Source: Okamejei kenojei (lineage: Eukaryota). From it: a stretch of DNA of 64,000 bases. The stretch is from contig CM069163.1 of assembly GCA_035221665.1 (NCBI GenBank), forward strand, positions 16,864,001 to 16,928,000, given 5' to 3'. Under the pieces are notes generated by a model, which was not told the DNA's origin, ran no database searches, and worked only from the letters and a program-made list of their open reading frames with translations. The position numbers and the translations under genes are program-made. Below, in pieces: positions 1 through 12,085 of this stretch. Every line of letters starts with the position of its first letter. The first letter of the stretch is position 1.

Positions 1-654
1 TATAGTTTGTTGCTGTGAGGCAGGGAAATGTTGTGGCTGCCCATTGAAGTGACTGAGTGTAATTACAGCTTGGTTATTATTAGTCAAATTTGATTGTACA
101 GTTTGAAAAACTTTAACTTGAAAACCACAACAACTTAAATTTAACTTAAATGTTGTCACCCAATGTCATGAAGCTTGCCTGCGGCTACGACTTGCAGTAG
201 CACACACGAGAGCAGGGCCAAGTTGACCATTAGTGTACCTTATCAGCTCTCTTATTGTTAAATGTCACACTAAATAAGTGTCGGAGAGGCCATCTACTGA
301 GACTACGTATCTTACATTTGGCACCAACCCTACCACTGTCATGGTAAGATGTAAAGGAGTTGCTATTTCATGTCTCATGGGAATCGAAGTTCTCATCCTT
401 GAGCTCTTTAGATGTTGTGCATTGGGCAACTGACACAATAGAAGTAAACATTTATAAACCCAATAAAGGAGAATTTAATAAAGGAGAATTTTCTTCAATA
501 TTTCCAAAAAATATTTTATAAAGGCTTCAACCAATAATTAGTATTTAACTGTGTGTGCTTGCCAGGATTTTTAATATTCAAGATTATATTTTTGCAATAG
601 ACCCTCTCGCTTCTACAGTATATACTTTTTGTAACATTTATTGAGCATCAACAA

Positions 655-1100
655 GGTCTTGTATTCTTATAGCACACCTATTGTAAAACATCCCACGACC
701 CTGTGCAGGGTCATCATCATCAAACAACATTTAACACTATGCCACAGAAGGGTAGATTGAGGAAGATGCCAAATGTCCAGTAAGTAAAGATACCAAAAAC
801 ATGATCCAAAAATGAGTGTTTAAGGGACATCTTTAAGGTAGAAAGAGAAAAGAGAGAGGTTTATGAAAAATTCTGAAAGGTGAGATACCCAGAGACAGGT
901 AATGTCATAGTGTTGGAAACAGACATTCCCAGTGATGAGAGTATATGTGCCTGAAACTGGTATTAAGATATGGCAATGTTAGATGGTTCAATGTTAGACG
1001 GATGCTGAGGCGAGTGATGGTTGGCAAGCAAGGAGCAGTGTTTAGGCAACCAAAGAAAGTGGCTCCACTTCTACTTGGAGTTTGGGTTGACATTTGTTGA
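655..1100 (-). mobile_element. Ancient L2-like LINE 3' fragment (degenerate)
   Basis: Resembles the second copy at 9180-9640 (ttatagcac...ttaacactatgccac vs ttatatagcac...ctgacactgagccac) and L2 3' ends; no intact ORF. Confidence 0.4.
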
Positions 1101-1248
1101 TTGCATTTATGTTGAAATAAAAAGGGTAATGAAAGATTTCAGGTGAACACCGCTGTTAGTATTGCAACATTCCCCGAATGTTACCAGGAGATCGAGAGTT
1201 TGTTTGCTCCAGGTTTGCACCATCTCCATTGTGGCACAAATTGATCAA

Positions 1249-1294
1249 CCCCACCCCCCCCCCCCCCCCCCCCCCCCCTCCCCCACCCCCCCCC
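1249..1294. repeat. Poly-C tract
   Basis: About 45 nt, almost pure C; explains the poly-Pro/poly-Gly ORFs at 1178-1444 and 1181-1369. Confidence 0.95.
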
Positions 1295-1300
1295 AATAGA

Positions 1301-1417
1301 AATACTACAGATGCTGGAATCTTGAGCGAAACACGAAGTGGTGAAGAAGCTCAGTGGGTCAGGCAGCATCTGTGGAGGGAATGGACAGGCAACGTGTCAG
1401 ACAAGGACCCTTCTTCA
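1301..1417 (-). mobile_element. Penelope-like (PLE) terminal arm, single copy
   Basis: cagatgctggaatcttgagc...ctcagtgggtcaggcagcatctgtggagggaatggacagg...gacccttcttca matches the arms at 33428, 41042, 43033 and 63095. Confidence 0.75.
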
Positions 1418-2729
1418 AAATATTACCTATTGGTGTTCCAATAGTCCTGAACTCGAGCAATAGTTGTATTGCAATATTCACCTGTTTCAAGGACCTCAGT
1501 TTGTGAAAAGTTCCACATACAAGCAGCCTTCTGAATATAACCACATCTCACGATGATAAACTTCAGCAAATTGAATGTTATAACTTTACTCTTAGAATGT
1601 GCTCCCTTTAGCACAAAGCTGACGTGGGAAGGCACATTGTGTTGGAGGAACAAGCCCTGGCTGGGGTTTCCCGACGTCTAGTTATATTGTGGAAGTGGCT
1701 TTTGTATTTCACTGAACTTTAGCAGGATGACGATCAATGCCTCTCTCCACTGGAGAGGCTTCTGGCATTTGTTGACTATCAGCAGGTCCTCTGCAGTGAA
1801 TAGGATAAAATGGAGACTGCGGCTGAGTGAAGGCATCAGCAAAGGGCCATTCCCTCTGAATGTTTCACAGACCACACTTGAATCAGCAGGCAACTCTTTC
1901 TGAATGCCACCAGCACTGTTTTTTCAGTGTGAATTCTAAACTATTGTCACAGAAGATTAACCCTTTCATTGGAAAACCGGTCGGAACCAAAAACAGCCAA
2001 TTATCCCAAAACACAGAGAGCGTAATTACTCTAATGGATGAACCAGTGCAGGGGGAGGGGGAGGGATAGAGTATACAAGATGAGTGCTGATGGCTGATTT
2101 AAACCTGAAATGTCAGTGTTTACCGTGGATGAAGGAGGTTTTGGTTAGCTCACTCGCTCTCTATTTTGCTCCACCTGATTTACAATTTAACATTTATAAT
2201 ATTTATCCATTTTCCTCTTAAAAGGTAGTGTGTTCAGCTATTTTCTCTGTATATTATGTTTTTATCCTTGCTGCAGATTTTGATTGATCACAATTGCATT
2301 ATTACAACTGAAAGGGTGATCACCCTTTCCTCTACCTTTTCGAATGTTTTAATGTTCACAAAATATACCTCGCTAACTGTGCCCACAATGTGTGTCAAAG
2401 ATTCAAAATACAGATTATCTTTCAAATAATTCTGTTTAAATGAACAGTTAAAGTAAACTTAGATTATACTATGTCATAAAGAAAGTTAAATTGAAGAGCA
2501 GTAAAGGTAATTTGAGACATGACATGCGGTAGAGAGAGCATGCTTGGCATTATGTTCGATGCTAAGAGCATGAGGAGTTTGGACCAAGGGTTCCTCAAGC
2601 TCTCACCCAAGGATCACAACTGGATCAGGGTAACTGGAATGTTGCAACTGATTCAACCATTGCATCATGTGCGGGTCATCTGGATGGATGATCAGGAACT
2701 AGATGGATGAGGATTGGAGGTGGTGCTAC

Positions 2730-3089
2730 AGGGCCTGTCCCACTTGGGGGACCTAATCCACGAGTCCAGAAGAGTGCTTTCGACCTTCAAGCTCGAGGGC
2801 ACTCTCCTGGAAAGCCTCGAGCTGGATCGACCGGCCGTGTTGAAACAGCGACCCCATTCCACTGACCTACAAATTTTACTTGTGGAAAATCTTTCAATAT
2901 GCTGAAAGATTTTCCGTGTCCTAGCTGAGGCTGCATGTAGGCGGGAACCTCCCAGGAGTATGAAGGAGAGTTCCCGCCTATGCACCTCATACGATCTCCT
3001 AGGACCTCGTGTCATCCATGCTGCGAATTTGAGTCCAGGGCAAACTCTTCTAAACTGGCAGCTTAGGTCGCCCAAGTGGGACAGGCCCT
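2730..3089. mobile_element. PIF/Harbinger-type MITE, 360 bp (internally deleted relative of 26424-27204, opposite orientation)
   Basis: Perfect 19-bp TIR AGGGCCTGTCCCACTTGGG (2730-2748) / CCCAAGTGGGACAGGCCCT (3071-3089). Right flank TAA, left flank TAC. Both ends align to the element at 26424-27204. Confidence 0.88.
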
Positions 3090-3603
3090 TAAGTATCTTC
3101 CTGTGACGTTACTGCCACATCCCACTGCTCCTCCGCTCCGCCACTGCTCCGGCAACACCTTGTCTGGTGCAAGTGAGGCACGGGAAGGGGAGAAAAGGTA
3201 GTCCACTACCAAATGGTTGAAATACCGGTTCTGGAGCAGTTAACCCAAGACATTTTAAGCAAAGATTCCAGACACTGTTCATGCTTGTTACAGGTTCTTC
3301 AGATTCACACTATCTCTGTCTAACACTAAGTGGCCATGATTTAGGATGCGCTCCGCAAACATCAGAGAGCTTTCGCCCTGTAGCTGACCTCTGCCATCCC
3401 CATCCATTTGCCCTGATATTGACTGTGGGGCTGTCGTGTCTAGGCCCCACACTGAAATACCCTCTCTCAAACTTTCTCACCTCCCCGACCTCATTTTGTC
3501 CCTCCTTAAGTGTCAGTGCCATGTGTTCTCCTGGGTTTCTGTCTGAATCTCACCAGCTATTAGTCAGTGAATTACAGGAAACAGTCTAAATTTCCATAAC
3601 ACC

Positions 3604-4808
3604 TTGTGCGGCGGCACGACTCGCGATGCAGCGGCCCCTACAGCCTGTCTGTCTTTTTTTTTTATTTTTTGTCTAGTTAAATGTAGTTGTTCGTGTTTTT
3701 TTTGTACTGTTTCTAATTGTGTATATGTGGGGGGTGGGGGAAACTTTTAAAATCTCTTCCCTGCACGGGAGACCCAACCTTTTTCCTGACGGGTCTCCGT
3801 TGTCATTGGGGCCTAGCACCGTGGAGCCAGCGGCCTCCGACCGGGACGACCTGGGGGCTCCAGTCACAGAGCCTGCGGAGCTGCGGACTTGCCATCGTGG
3901 GGCTGGCCGGCCTCGGAGCGTGGGGAGCAGTGGTGGCTCGCTGCTGCGGCCCGACTCCGGGGCTCCAGCTCCAGCTCCAGCTGTGGCCCGACTCCGGAGC
4001 TCCAGCTCCAGCTGCGGCCCGACTCCGGAGCTCCAGTTCCAGCTCCAGCTGCGGCCCGACTCCGGAGCTCCAGCTCCAGCTCCAGCTGTGGCCCGACTCC
4101 GGAGCTCCAGCTCCAGCTGCGGCCCGACTCCGGAGCTCCAGTTCCAGCTCCAGCTGCGGCCCGACTCCGGGGCTCCAGTTCCAGCTCCAGCTGCGGCCGG
4201 ACTCCGGGGCTCCACCTCCAGCTCCAGCTGCGGCCCAACTCTGGAGCTCCAGTTCCAGCTCCAGCTGCGGCCCGACTCCGGAGCTCCAGCTCCAGCTGCG
4301 GCCCGACTACGGAGCTCCAGCTCCAGCTGCAGATTACTGCCGGTGGACTGTCTGGATATCGGGAGCTCGCGGGTCCGGGTGGGAGACCGCTCTCCGGAGC
4401 TCCCGCAACACAACTTCTCCAGCCCGTGTCGCGGGGTTGGAACGACCCAGAGCGGGGCCGTACATCGCCTGGCGCGGCTTTAATGGCCGCGGGACATTCC
4501 AGCGCCTGCCGGGGGCTCCAACTTATGACTTTTGGGCCTAGAGCGGGGCCATACATCACCAGGCGCGCCCTCAATGGCCGTGGGACTTAACACCGCCCGC
4601 CTGCGGCTTCGACATCGGGAGAGAAATGGTGCGGGGGAGAGAGAAGAACTTTTCCTTCCATCACAGTGAGGAGGAGATTCACTGTGATGGATGTTTGTGT
4701 GAATTGAATTGTTTGTATGTTTTGTAGGAATTGTTTTGTTTGCATGGCTGTGGAAACAGAGTTTCGTTTGAGCCTCTGAGTTTCGAATGACGTAATATAA
4801 TCTAATCT
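3604..4808 (+). mobile_element. GC/CpG-rich non-autonomous retro-element (SINE-like) with Rex1/Babar-type tail, copy A
   Basis: Shares a T-rich leader, the GGGGGAAAC/stem/GGCCTA core and the TCCATCACAGTGA hairpin with 10523-10930 and 12960-13637. Ends tttcgtttgagcctc...aatgac...aatctaatcta. Confidence 0.7.
3944..4326. repeat. GC-rich minisatellite, 11 units of 31 or 37 bp
   Basis: Unit = CTGCGGCCCGACTCCGGAG + (CTCCAG)2-3. Units 1-3 and 4-6 form a 105-bp higher-order repeat. Confidence 0.95.
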
Positions 4809-5809
4809 ATAGGATGGTCAATGGGAGATCTCTCTGAATTGCCATACAATCTCTTCCATAAATCTCTGTGACATTCAGCATTCACAGTGTTAACACTGCT
4901 GCATTTATTCTGTCCTTCGAGGAGGTCAGTGAGGTGCAGACGCTGAACTCCGGGTGTTGTTGTACTTGTCAATACAATCTGCAGAGAGTGGAGAGATGCG
5001 GCTGGTTCTGTGCAGCTAAGCTTGGCCATCAACAACATGGGCCACTGCCCATTACCAGCCTACTGTCCTTCCACAGCCCTCAGACTTCAGAAAGACATGA
5101 ACCTTTTCTACAACACTCCTTTCTGTAAAACTGAGGGCTTTATCATTAGTTCTGATAAAACATTTAAATGCCTTCTATTTCTGTACAATCATTACTGCTA
5201 AAAATAAGTGAATTTAAATGTTCAATTTTCAATTAACCACGTAAATAGAAATAAAATAAGAAAACAATATTTTGAAGATCATAGCCTTATTTCAGAAACA
5301 GGGAACTTTTTTTTAAAAGAGAGCACAATTTAGCTAAATAATTCTCCAAACTATTCACATTGTTTACACGCGCTTCATTTTAATCAGGTTCCCTTTTAAT
5401 CTCTTCATTTTTTTTCAATTAGGAAAAATGTTGATTGTTTTTATTTGACTTTGTGATGGGATATTAAACAAATAGTGGAATATATTCTCGTATGCTACAG
5501 CTTCAGATGCTTTGAGCGAACAATGCCTTTAATGTCTGATCTCAGTTAATGACCCTCGGCTGCGCTTATCGATGGAATTACTATGTCACTGCTTTGATGT
5601 AAACACTGCTAGAAATGAAAGGTGAACAGTTAATGCTGTATAAAGAAAATGATAATACTCCAGTTAGAGAGTCAGACGTTATTAATGATTTGCCCCTTCA
5701 GGTCTCCCTGTCCACGACCTCACCTATTGTTGAACTTAGCAGATGAGGATGTGGTATGGCAGAGAGAGAGAGATGATTTTACCAAATGCATAACCTCCTG
5801 AGGTGGGAT

Positions 5810-6650
5810 AGAGTCATACAGCATGGAAGCAGGCCCAACTTGTCCATGCCAACCAAGATGCCCCATCTATGCTAGTCCCATCTGCCCACGTGTTGCCCCT
5901 AGACCTCTAATCCTTTCTTATCCATGTACCTGTTAAAATTTATTTGAATTCTTATTATAGTACTTGCTTCAACTACTTCCTCTGGCAGCTCGTTCCATAC
6001 AGCTACCACCCTCTGTGTGAAAAGGTTGTCCCTCAGGTTCCTATTAAAACTTTCCCCTCTCACATTAACCTATGTCTTCTGGTTCTTGATTCTCCTATTC
6101 TGAGTAAAAGACTCTGTGCATTCATCGTATCAATTTCCCTGGTTTTATACACCTCTATAATATCATCCCCCAGCCTTCTGATCGCTAATGTATAAAATCT
6201 GAACCTGCCCAGCCTCTCCCTAGAGCTCACGTCCTCGAGTCCTGGCAACACACTTGTAAATCTTCACTGCGCTCTTTCCAGCTCAATGACATTGTTCCTA
6301 AAGCAGGTTGACCAATTCCTAAGACAATACTTCAAATGTGGTCTTGCTAATGTATTGTACAAATTTAACATAACATCCCAACTTCTACATTCACTACCCT
6401 GACCGATGAAGGCCAATGTACCAAAAGCCTTGTCTACCACCCTATCTAACTGTGCGACCACTTTCAGGAAACTATGTACTTGTATTCTTCGATCTTCTGC
6501 TCTGTGACACTCCCCAGACGCTGCCATTCCCTGTGAAAGTTCTACCCTGGTTTGACTTCCAAAAATGCAACACCTTGCACTTATCTTCATTAAACTCGGT
6601 GAGCAATTCCTCGGCCCACCTGCCTAGCTAATCATAATCTTGCTGTAATT
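5810..6650 (-). mobile_element. CR1-clade (HER1-like) LINE 3' fragment, decayed
   Basis: Minus-strand ORFs give LYNTLARPHLKYC..WS and RRLGDDIIEVYK..SRTRRHRL, the CR1 ORF2 C-terminus. The 3' tail lies near 5810. Confidence 0.9.
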
Positions 6651-9179
6651 AAGTTGTAGCCATGAGTCAGCTCAGGTGAGCTGACTCAGGCTCGAGTTCC
6701 TTCGTGGAGAACAAGACAAAGCCATTCTGCACAACAAACCCATGCTGGTATTTAGGGTCTATTACATGAGTGATGCTGCAGACAAGCCCAACACCAGCTA
6801 CTCTTCATCTATCCTTTCCAGAGTTTTCTTCAGTTCTCTTCTCCCATGTGCATCTATCTCACATCATCAACACTTTTACAGGTACATCCATCTTGTCATA
6901 AAAAGAATTAGGATTAGAAAAATTGGAATATGAAAAAATATTTCACAATTTTAGCTTCAATTGGGAAATCTGGAAAACCATATTATTGGGTACTTAATTT
7001 AGGAATCATCTTATTGTCCTCGATCAGAACACTGATAGTCATGTTATGGTGGCTGTAGGTCATGGCCTGACGAATAATTGTTTATTTAGTTGTGAATTTA
7101 GAAAAATATATTCCACAATGCAAAACTTGTGTAATCTTCGTTTTTTGACAGATGTCATCTATTTGGTGTCTTGAAAGTGACCAACTATCAAATAAAGACC
7201 AAGTCAGTCATCTCACTCTCTCTCTGGATCCCACACCATGCCAGCCAGTTAAGTTCATCAAGTGGTGATGTGTGGCAGTACATAAGGTTGGTGTATTTAT
7301 TTTGTGTATTTTGTCCCATCCCTCTTCAGATCGTCCAAGTCTCATTTCCCAACTCTACACGAGGTAATGCATTTTCAGAACACAGGCAGCATGAGTTAGT
7401 AACAATTATAAGAACCAATATATGGCCATATGTACCCACAAAAATAACATTGTTTTCCTTTCTTCCACCCCCCCTCCCCACCCTCCACCCCGTGATATTT
7501 ACATGCACTACAAAAATAAATTACAACCGGTGAGTCAGCAGCTGAGGTCAGTTGAGCAAAGTTGTATTTATTGACACCTTTTCGGACTCCACATTTTCGG
7601 ACTTCATTTAAGCTAAAATTATATTTGAGTCAGAATAATTTGTAAAACTTCTCTGGTAATGGTTCATTGTTCCTCCATTTAGAGTGAGCTGCACAAACAG
7701 ACCCTTTGGCCCACCTTGTCCATGCCAACCAAGCTGGCCTATTGGGCTTGCCTCATTTGCCTGCATTAGGTCTATGTCTAAAACCTGCCTATCTATACTG
7801 TATATCTGCCCAAACATCTTTGCAAATGTCTTCCTTTGCACCCTTGAGAAGAATTTTGCTAAAATAATCCAGGATTTCTTTCTTTGGTCTTTTCTCGAAC
7901 CTCCAAACATTTAGCCAATTTTTTTTCTTCTCACTCTGTGAAGAAATTACCTCTAATGTTTCATGCTCTGAGTAATAATTTCACATTGATGCCTATTTGT
8001 CATTTCACTAAACTGTCAAGATTATCACTCCCTTTTTACTCCATGAAAGTTTGTTAGACTTGACCTGGGGACCCATTCTAAGTTGTGTTTTGAACTGACA
8101 CCATAACAGAATGCCAACACAAAGAGATTTTATTTGTACACATTGATTTTCTGTAATCTAGAGATAATTACTTGGCAAAACAATGGAAACAAATTCCGCA
8201 GTAACTTTTGAAAAGGAATGTCATAAATCTGCATTTCTTTGTTTCTCCAGAAAAGAATGATGTCCCCAACAGTGGTTAACCCTTTGAAAGGGCTGGCAGA
8301 GGCATGATGGGACAACTGGGTGCTCTCACTACTGCATCATTCTCTGACTCCTGCTGGTGTAAGGTAGGTGTGGGAGTTTTATAGACTCGCGCATTAGCCG
8401 TTTGATGGACCTGGCGGCACGTTTATTGCTGAGGTAATGCAGGGTGAATGCATCCTTATGGAAGGCAGAAACATTGTCATGGGAGGCTACAAGATCAAAG
8501 AAAAAGGACTAATGGAATAAAAAATTGACCAAAATATTATGTTACACACCATCATTCTCAGAGTACTTCAAGTTCACAATTATCAATAATTATCAGTCCA
8601 CTTTCCAGAAACGTCTAACTTTTATCTTTTAATGCTTTCATGTTGATACACAGCAAGTGAATTCCATAGCATAAATATGTCACCATAAACAAGCTAAATA
8701 TCTGTTCCCTTATTGTCCATTTAGCTGGGTGCTCTCTTTTTAATTTTGCCTCATTCATGGATTTTATTTTAAGTTTTACACCTTGTTCACTCCCACTCAG
8801 TCTACTCTCACCTATCCCTTATCTATCTAGCCTTTGAACTAAATGTATCTGTTAAGTACTTAGACAAACCAACTCAAAGCTTTACTTTAAGAGAAAGTAA
8901 ATGAAGACTGCTCCCAGCAGAATCTGTCACCTAACTTTAGCCTTTTGCTCTATTTTTGTAATCAGTATCTGTGCACTTAATGCATTAGGATTACTGTTTA
9001 CCAGTTCCTTGAACCAGCGATGCTGGTTGCATATAAACACATTCACCTCTGCAAAAATTAATTCCAGTCTATTAGAGATCGCTATAATTCACCTTCATTG
9101 ATCCGTGTGTTTTTTTTACACTTTTGGGTCTGTTCTTAAAATAGCGCAAACCTTGCCATTACTTGTTCCTATTCCATTT

Positions 9180-9640
9180 GACATTGCAACAAAATGCATT
9201 TATATAGCACTTGTTAACATTGTCGAGTGTTCCAAGTTACCTCACAGGTATGATAAGAAGCAAAAACTGACACTGAGCCACCTGTATTAGGACTGATGAT
9301 TAATAGCTCGGCCACAGAAGTAGATTTTAAATAGAGCCTTTAGGGAAGAGGCAGTGACTCTGGTTGGGGATCAGAGCTCCTGGCCAATCCTGGTGTAATT
9401 ATAATTGGGGAAACACAGGAGGATAGAATTGAACAATTCGTTCAACTCAGAAGCCTGCCAGGCTGGAGGAGATTAAATAGATAGTGAGAGCAAACTTTGG
9501 AGCAATTTGAAAACAAATACAAGAATTCTAAACCTGAACCATTAATTTACTGGGAATAAGTGAGCTCATGTAACACAAGTAAAGGGTGAAGAGGACTCGG
9601 TGTGAATTGGCAAGCAGATAGCAGAGGTTTATAAAGGGTG
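9180..9640 (-). mobile_element. Ancient L2-like LINE 3' fragment
   Basis: tgcatttatatagcac...ctgacactgagccac; similar to 655-1100. Confidence 0.4.
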
Positions 9641-9652
9641 CGAGATGAAAGG

Positions 9653-9827
9653 GTATGAGATTAGGCTCTTTACATGGTGTCAGAAGTGGGAAAATGCTGG
9701 GGTTAAACACAATCACCATATATAATGGATGGCCTGCTAACCCACTCGGTCCCATGTGGTGGGGCTGTCTTATCCCTCAGAAGGTATTTACATGTAAAGA
9801 GCCTAATCTCATACATGTAAATACCTT
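9653..9827. repeat. Interlocked perfect inverted repeats (24 bp and 16 bp)
   Basis: 9653-9676 is the exact reverse complement of 9791-9814; 9781-9796 is the exact reverse complement of 9812-9827. Confidence 0.9.
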
Positions 9828-10014
9828 AGTCTCACACAGGTTGAAGCACAAGCATCTTTACTGTTCCGGTCTACATCATCTAAGCAGTACATCGCACGTT
9901 CTCACTACTGCTGCTACTGGCAGGCAGTGGGCGAGTTCTTACAGTATAAATGTTATAATTAGGCGGTTTAATTACTAAGCATTCTGATTGGCTAACATGC
10001 AATAGCCTATCTAC

Positions 10015-11000
10015 ACTGGTCATGTTTTGTACTTGGGGAACTGAATACAAAATTAAGATGGTTGTAATTCAGTTATACTGGGCACTGGTGAGACAACAAC
10101 TGTATTACTGTGTACAGTATTGATCTCATAATCTAAGGAAGGGTGTTAGTACATTGGAGCTCGTCAGATGAGACAATTATCTCAAATGAACAGACTGTCT
10201 TGTGAAGAAAGGTTGGACGACTTGATTTTTTTTTTGTAGTGTTTGAAAAAGTGAAAAGGGATGTGATTGAAACGCACTGACAAATGAATGTAGAAAGAAT
10301 AGAACCGGGGCCATGGTTGGAAATAAGAGGCTGCCTTCTAAAAGGCAGAGATGAGGTGATTTTTTTCCCCTCTCATAGGCTTGTGAGCCTTTGGAACTCT
10401 CTTCCTCAAAATCTAATAGAAACAGAGTCCCTGAATATTTTTAAGGCAGATGTAGATAAATTGTTATGCAAGAGAGTCAAAGCGTACTGAGGGTAGGCAG
10501 GAATGTGCAGTTGAGCTTACCCTCAAAGTCAAAGTCAATTTTATTCATCACATGCACCCGAAGGTACAATGCAATGAATTTGCCAGCAGCGACACACTTA
10601 AAAAAGAACACACAATACGCAATAGAAATTAACACAAACATCCACCACAGCATTCTTCACTGGGGTGGAAGGCAACAAAGTTCAGTCAGTCCTCCTTTGT
10701 TCATCCATGGTCGGGGCCATGAACCCTCCGTTGTCGCCGCTACGGATGGCCATATGCACAGGCCCTCTCGTCGGGATGGTCAAAACTCCGACGTCGGGAC
10801 GGTCAAACACACTCCGGGAAAGGCCGCTCCAATTCATGCTGTTAGGCCGCAAGGGAGGCGACATGGAAAAAGTTGCCTCTCCATCGAGGAGGCGACCAAA
10901 AGCAGTTTCCCCTTCCCCCCCCCCCTCACCATATGAGGAATGATCTTATTTAATGCTGAGGCAACCTGATGAGCAGATTGGCTTCCTCCTGCTCCTAATT
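10015..11000 (+). mobile_element. Old CR1 LINE 3' fragment interrupted by copy C element
   Basis: ORF 10284-10490 RLVSLWNSLPQ...IFKADVDKLL. The CR1 3'UTR (aatgatcttatttaatg...cctcctgctcctaatt) resumes after 10930. Confidence 0.8.
10523..10930 (-). mobile_element. GC-rich SINE-like element with Rex1-type tail, copy C (5'-truncated)
   Basis: Minus strand: GGGGAAAC, then stem GAGGCAAC/GTCGCCTC, then GCGGCCTAACA. Tail cattgtaccttcgggtgcatgtgatgaataaaattgactttgactttg. Confidence 0.7.
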
Positions 11001-11714
11001 GTAATGATTGTGGTTTCTTGCTGAAACAGTTAATTAAAGTTTAAAAGTTCCAAGAGGTGTTCCCAAAGTGGACTACAATTTTTTGAAGATTTACTCTTGA
11101 AGCACAAGCCCACAGCCCTTCACCAGTGCGGTGACCTGCAAAATCATTTTAACATCAATCTATAACTTCGGATGAGAGCTGTGCTAAAACTGAAATGATT
11201 AGTCAATAATTTCAGTTTTAGCACAAAGCTTTTAAGTGTGGCGGAGACCTGGAGTGTAGCAATCCCCCTCGGGAAGCAGCAAGTGTCTAGTCAGTGGAAT
11301 CGAAGGAAAGAAACTAGTGCAAAAACCAGAAACAATGTGGCTTTCAGTAGCTCGTAATATTGGAGTAAAGAGTTACTCAAAATTAGGTAGAGAGGGATGA
11401 TGTCATGGACTTTGAAAATATGAGGATGGATGATAAATATATTGTGACAGTTTTATTGAGAAATGCTGTATCCATTGGCAAGGCAATGTCATACTATTTC
11501 TGTTCGGTGTTAAGGATTTGCTAAAGTAGTTGAGCAGAATTGTGTGGCTGACTTGGTGTGAACATGGATCACATGTAGATCAGACCAGGCCGGAAGTGCT
11601 GAATGTCATAAATTAGGTATTTTGACAATCCAGTTGTTTCTTTGTTTCCAATAGCAATGTATGACATCTTTATTAAAATAACTCGGTGAGTTTAAATTCC
11701 TTGGTAGCTAAAAA

Positions 11715-12085
11715 AGGAAGCAGCTGGAGGTACTCAGCAAGTCAAGCAGCATCTGTGGAGGAAAATAGGCCGTCTACGTTTCAGGTCAGGACTCTTCATC
11801 TGATTGAAAGAATGATGGGGAAGTAACCGGTATAAAGAGGTACTGGTGGTGGGTGGGGGGGATGGAGGTGAAGAGGAGCTGATTGGCAGATAACTGTCAA
11901 GTGGGGGAGGGATGTGTAGACAGAGGCCAGGGGATGAGTAGAGAACAAAAGGAGGGAGATGCTGGAATGTTCTGAGAATGGAAGGTGAAGAATGGAACTG
12001 AATGAGGGGTTGTGGCAGATGGAAATAACAGGGGAGGGGTGAAGAATAAAGAAGGAAGGAAATCTAGTGGGGGTGTTGGAAAAAT
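11715..12085 (-). mobile_element. Penelope-like 3' terminal fragment (arm plus purine/pyrimidine-skewed UTR)
   Basis: Arm gctggaggtactcagcaagtcaagcagcatctgtggag...acgtttcaggtcaggactcttcatctga. The minus strand reads CAGATGAAGAGTCCTGACCTGAAACG, a degenerate hammerhead-like core. Confidence 0.65.

Noticed and set aside
3944-4326. CRISPR-like array of 31-37-bp units
   Set aside because: No unique spacers, no cas genes and a eukaryotic context; it is a tandem repeat.
3673-4590. Five long ORFs (233-274 aa), the longest in the window
   Set aside because: All are low-complexity translations of the stop-free GC-rich minisatellite; no domain or splice context.
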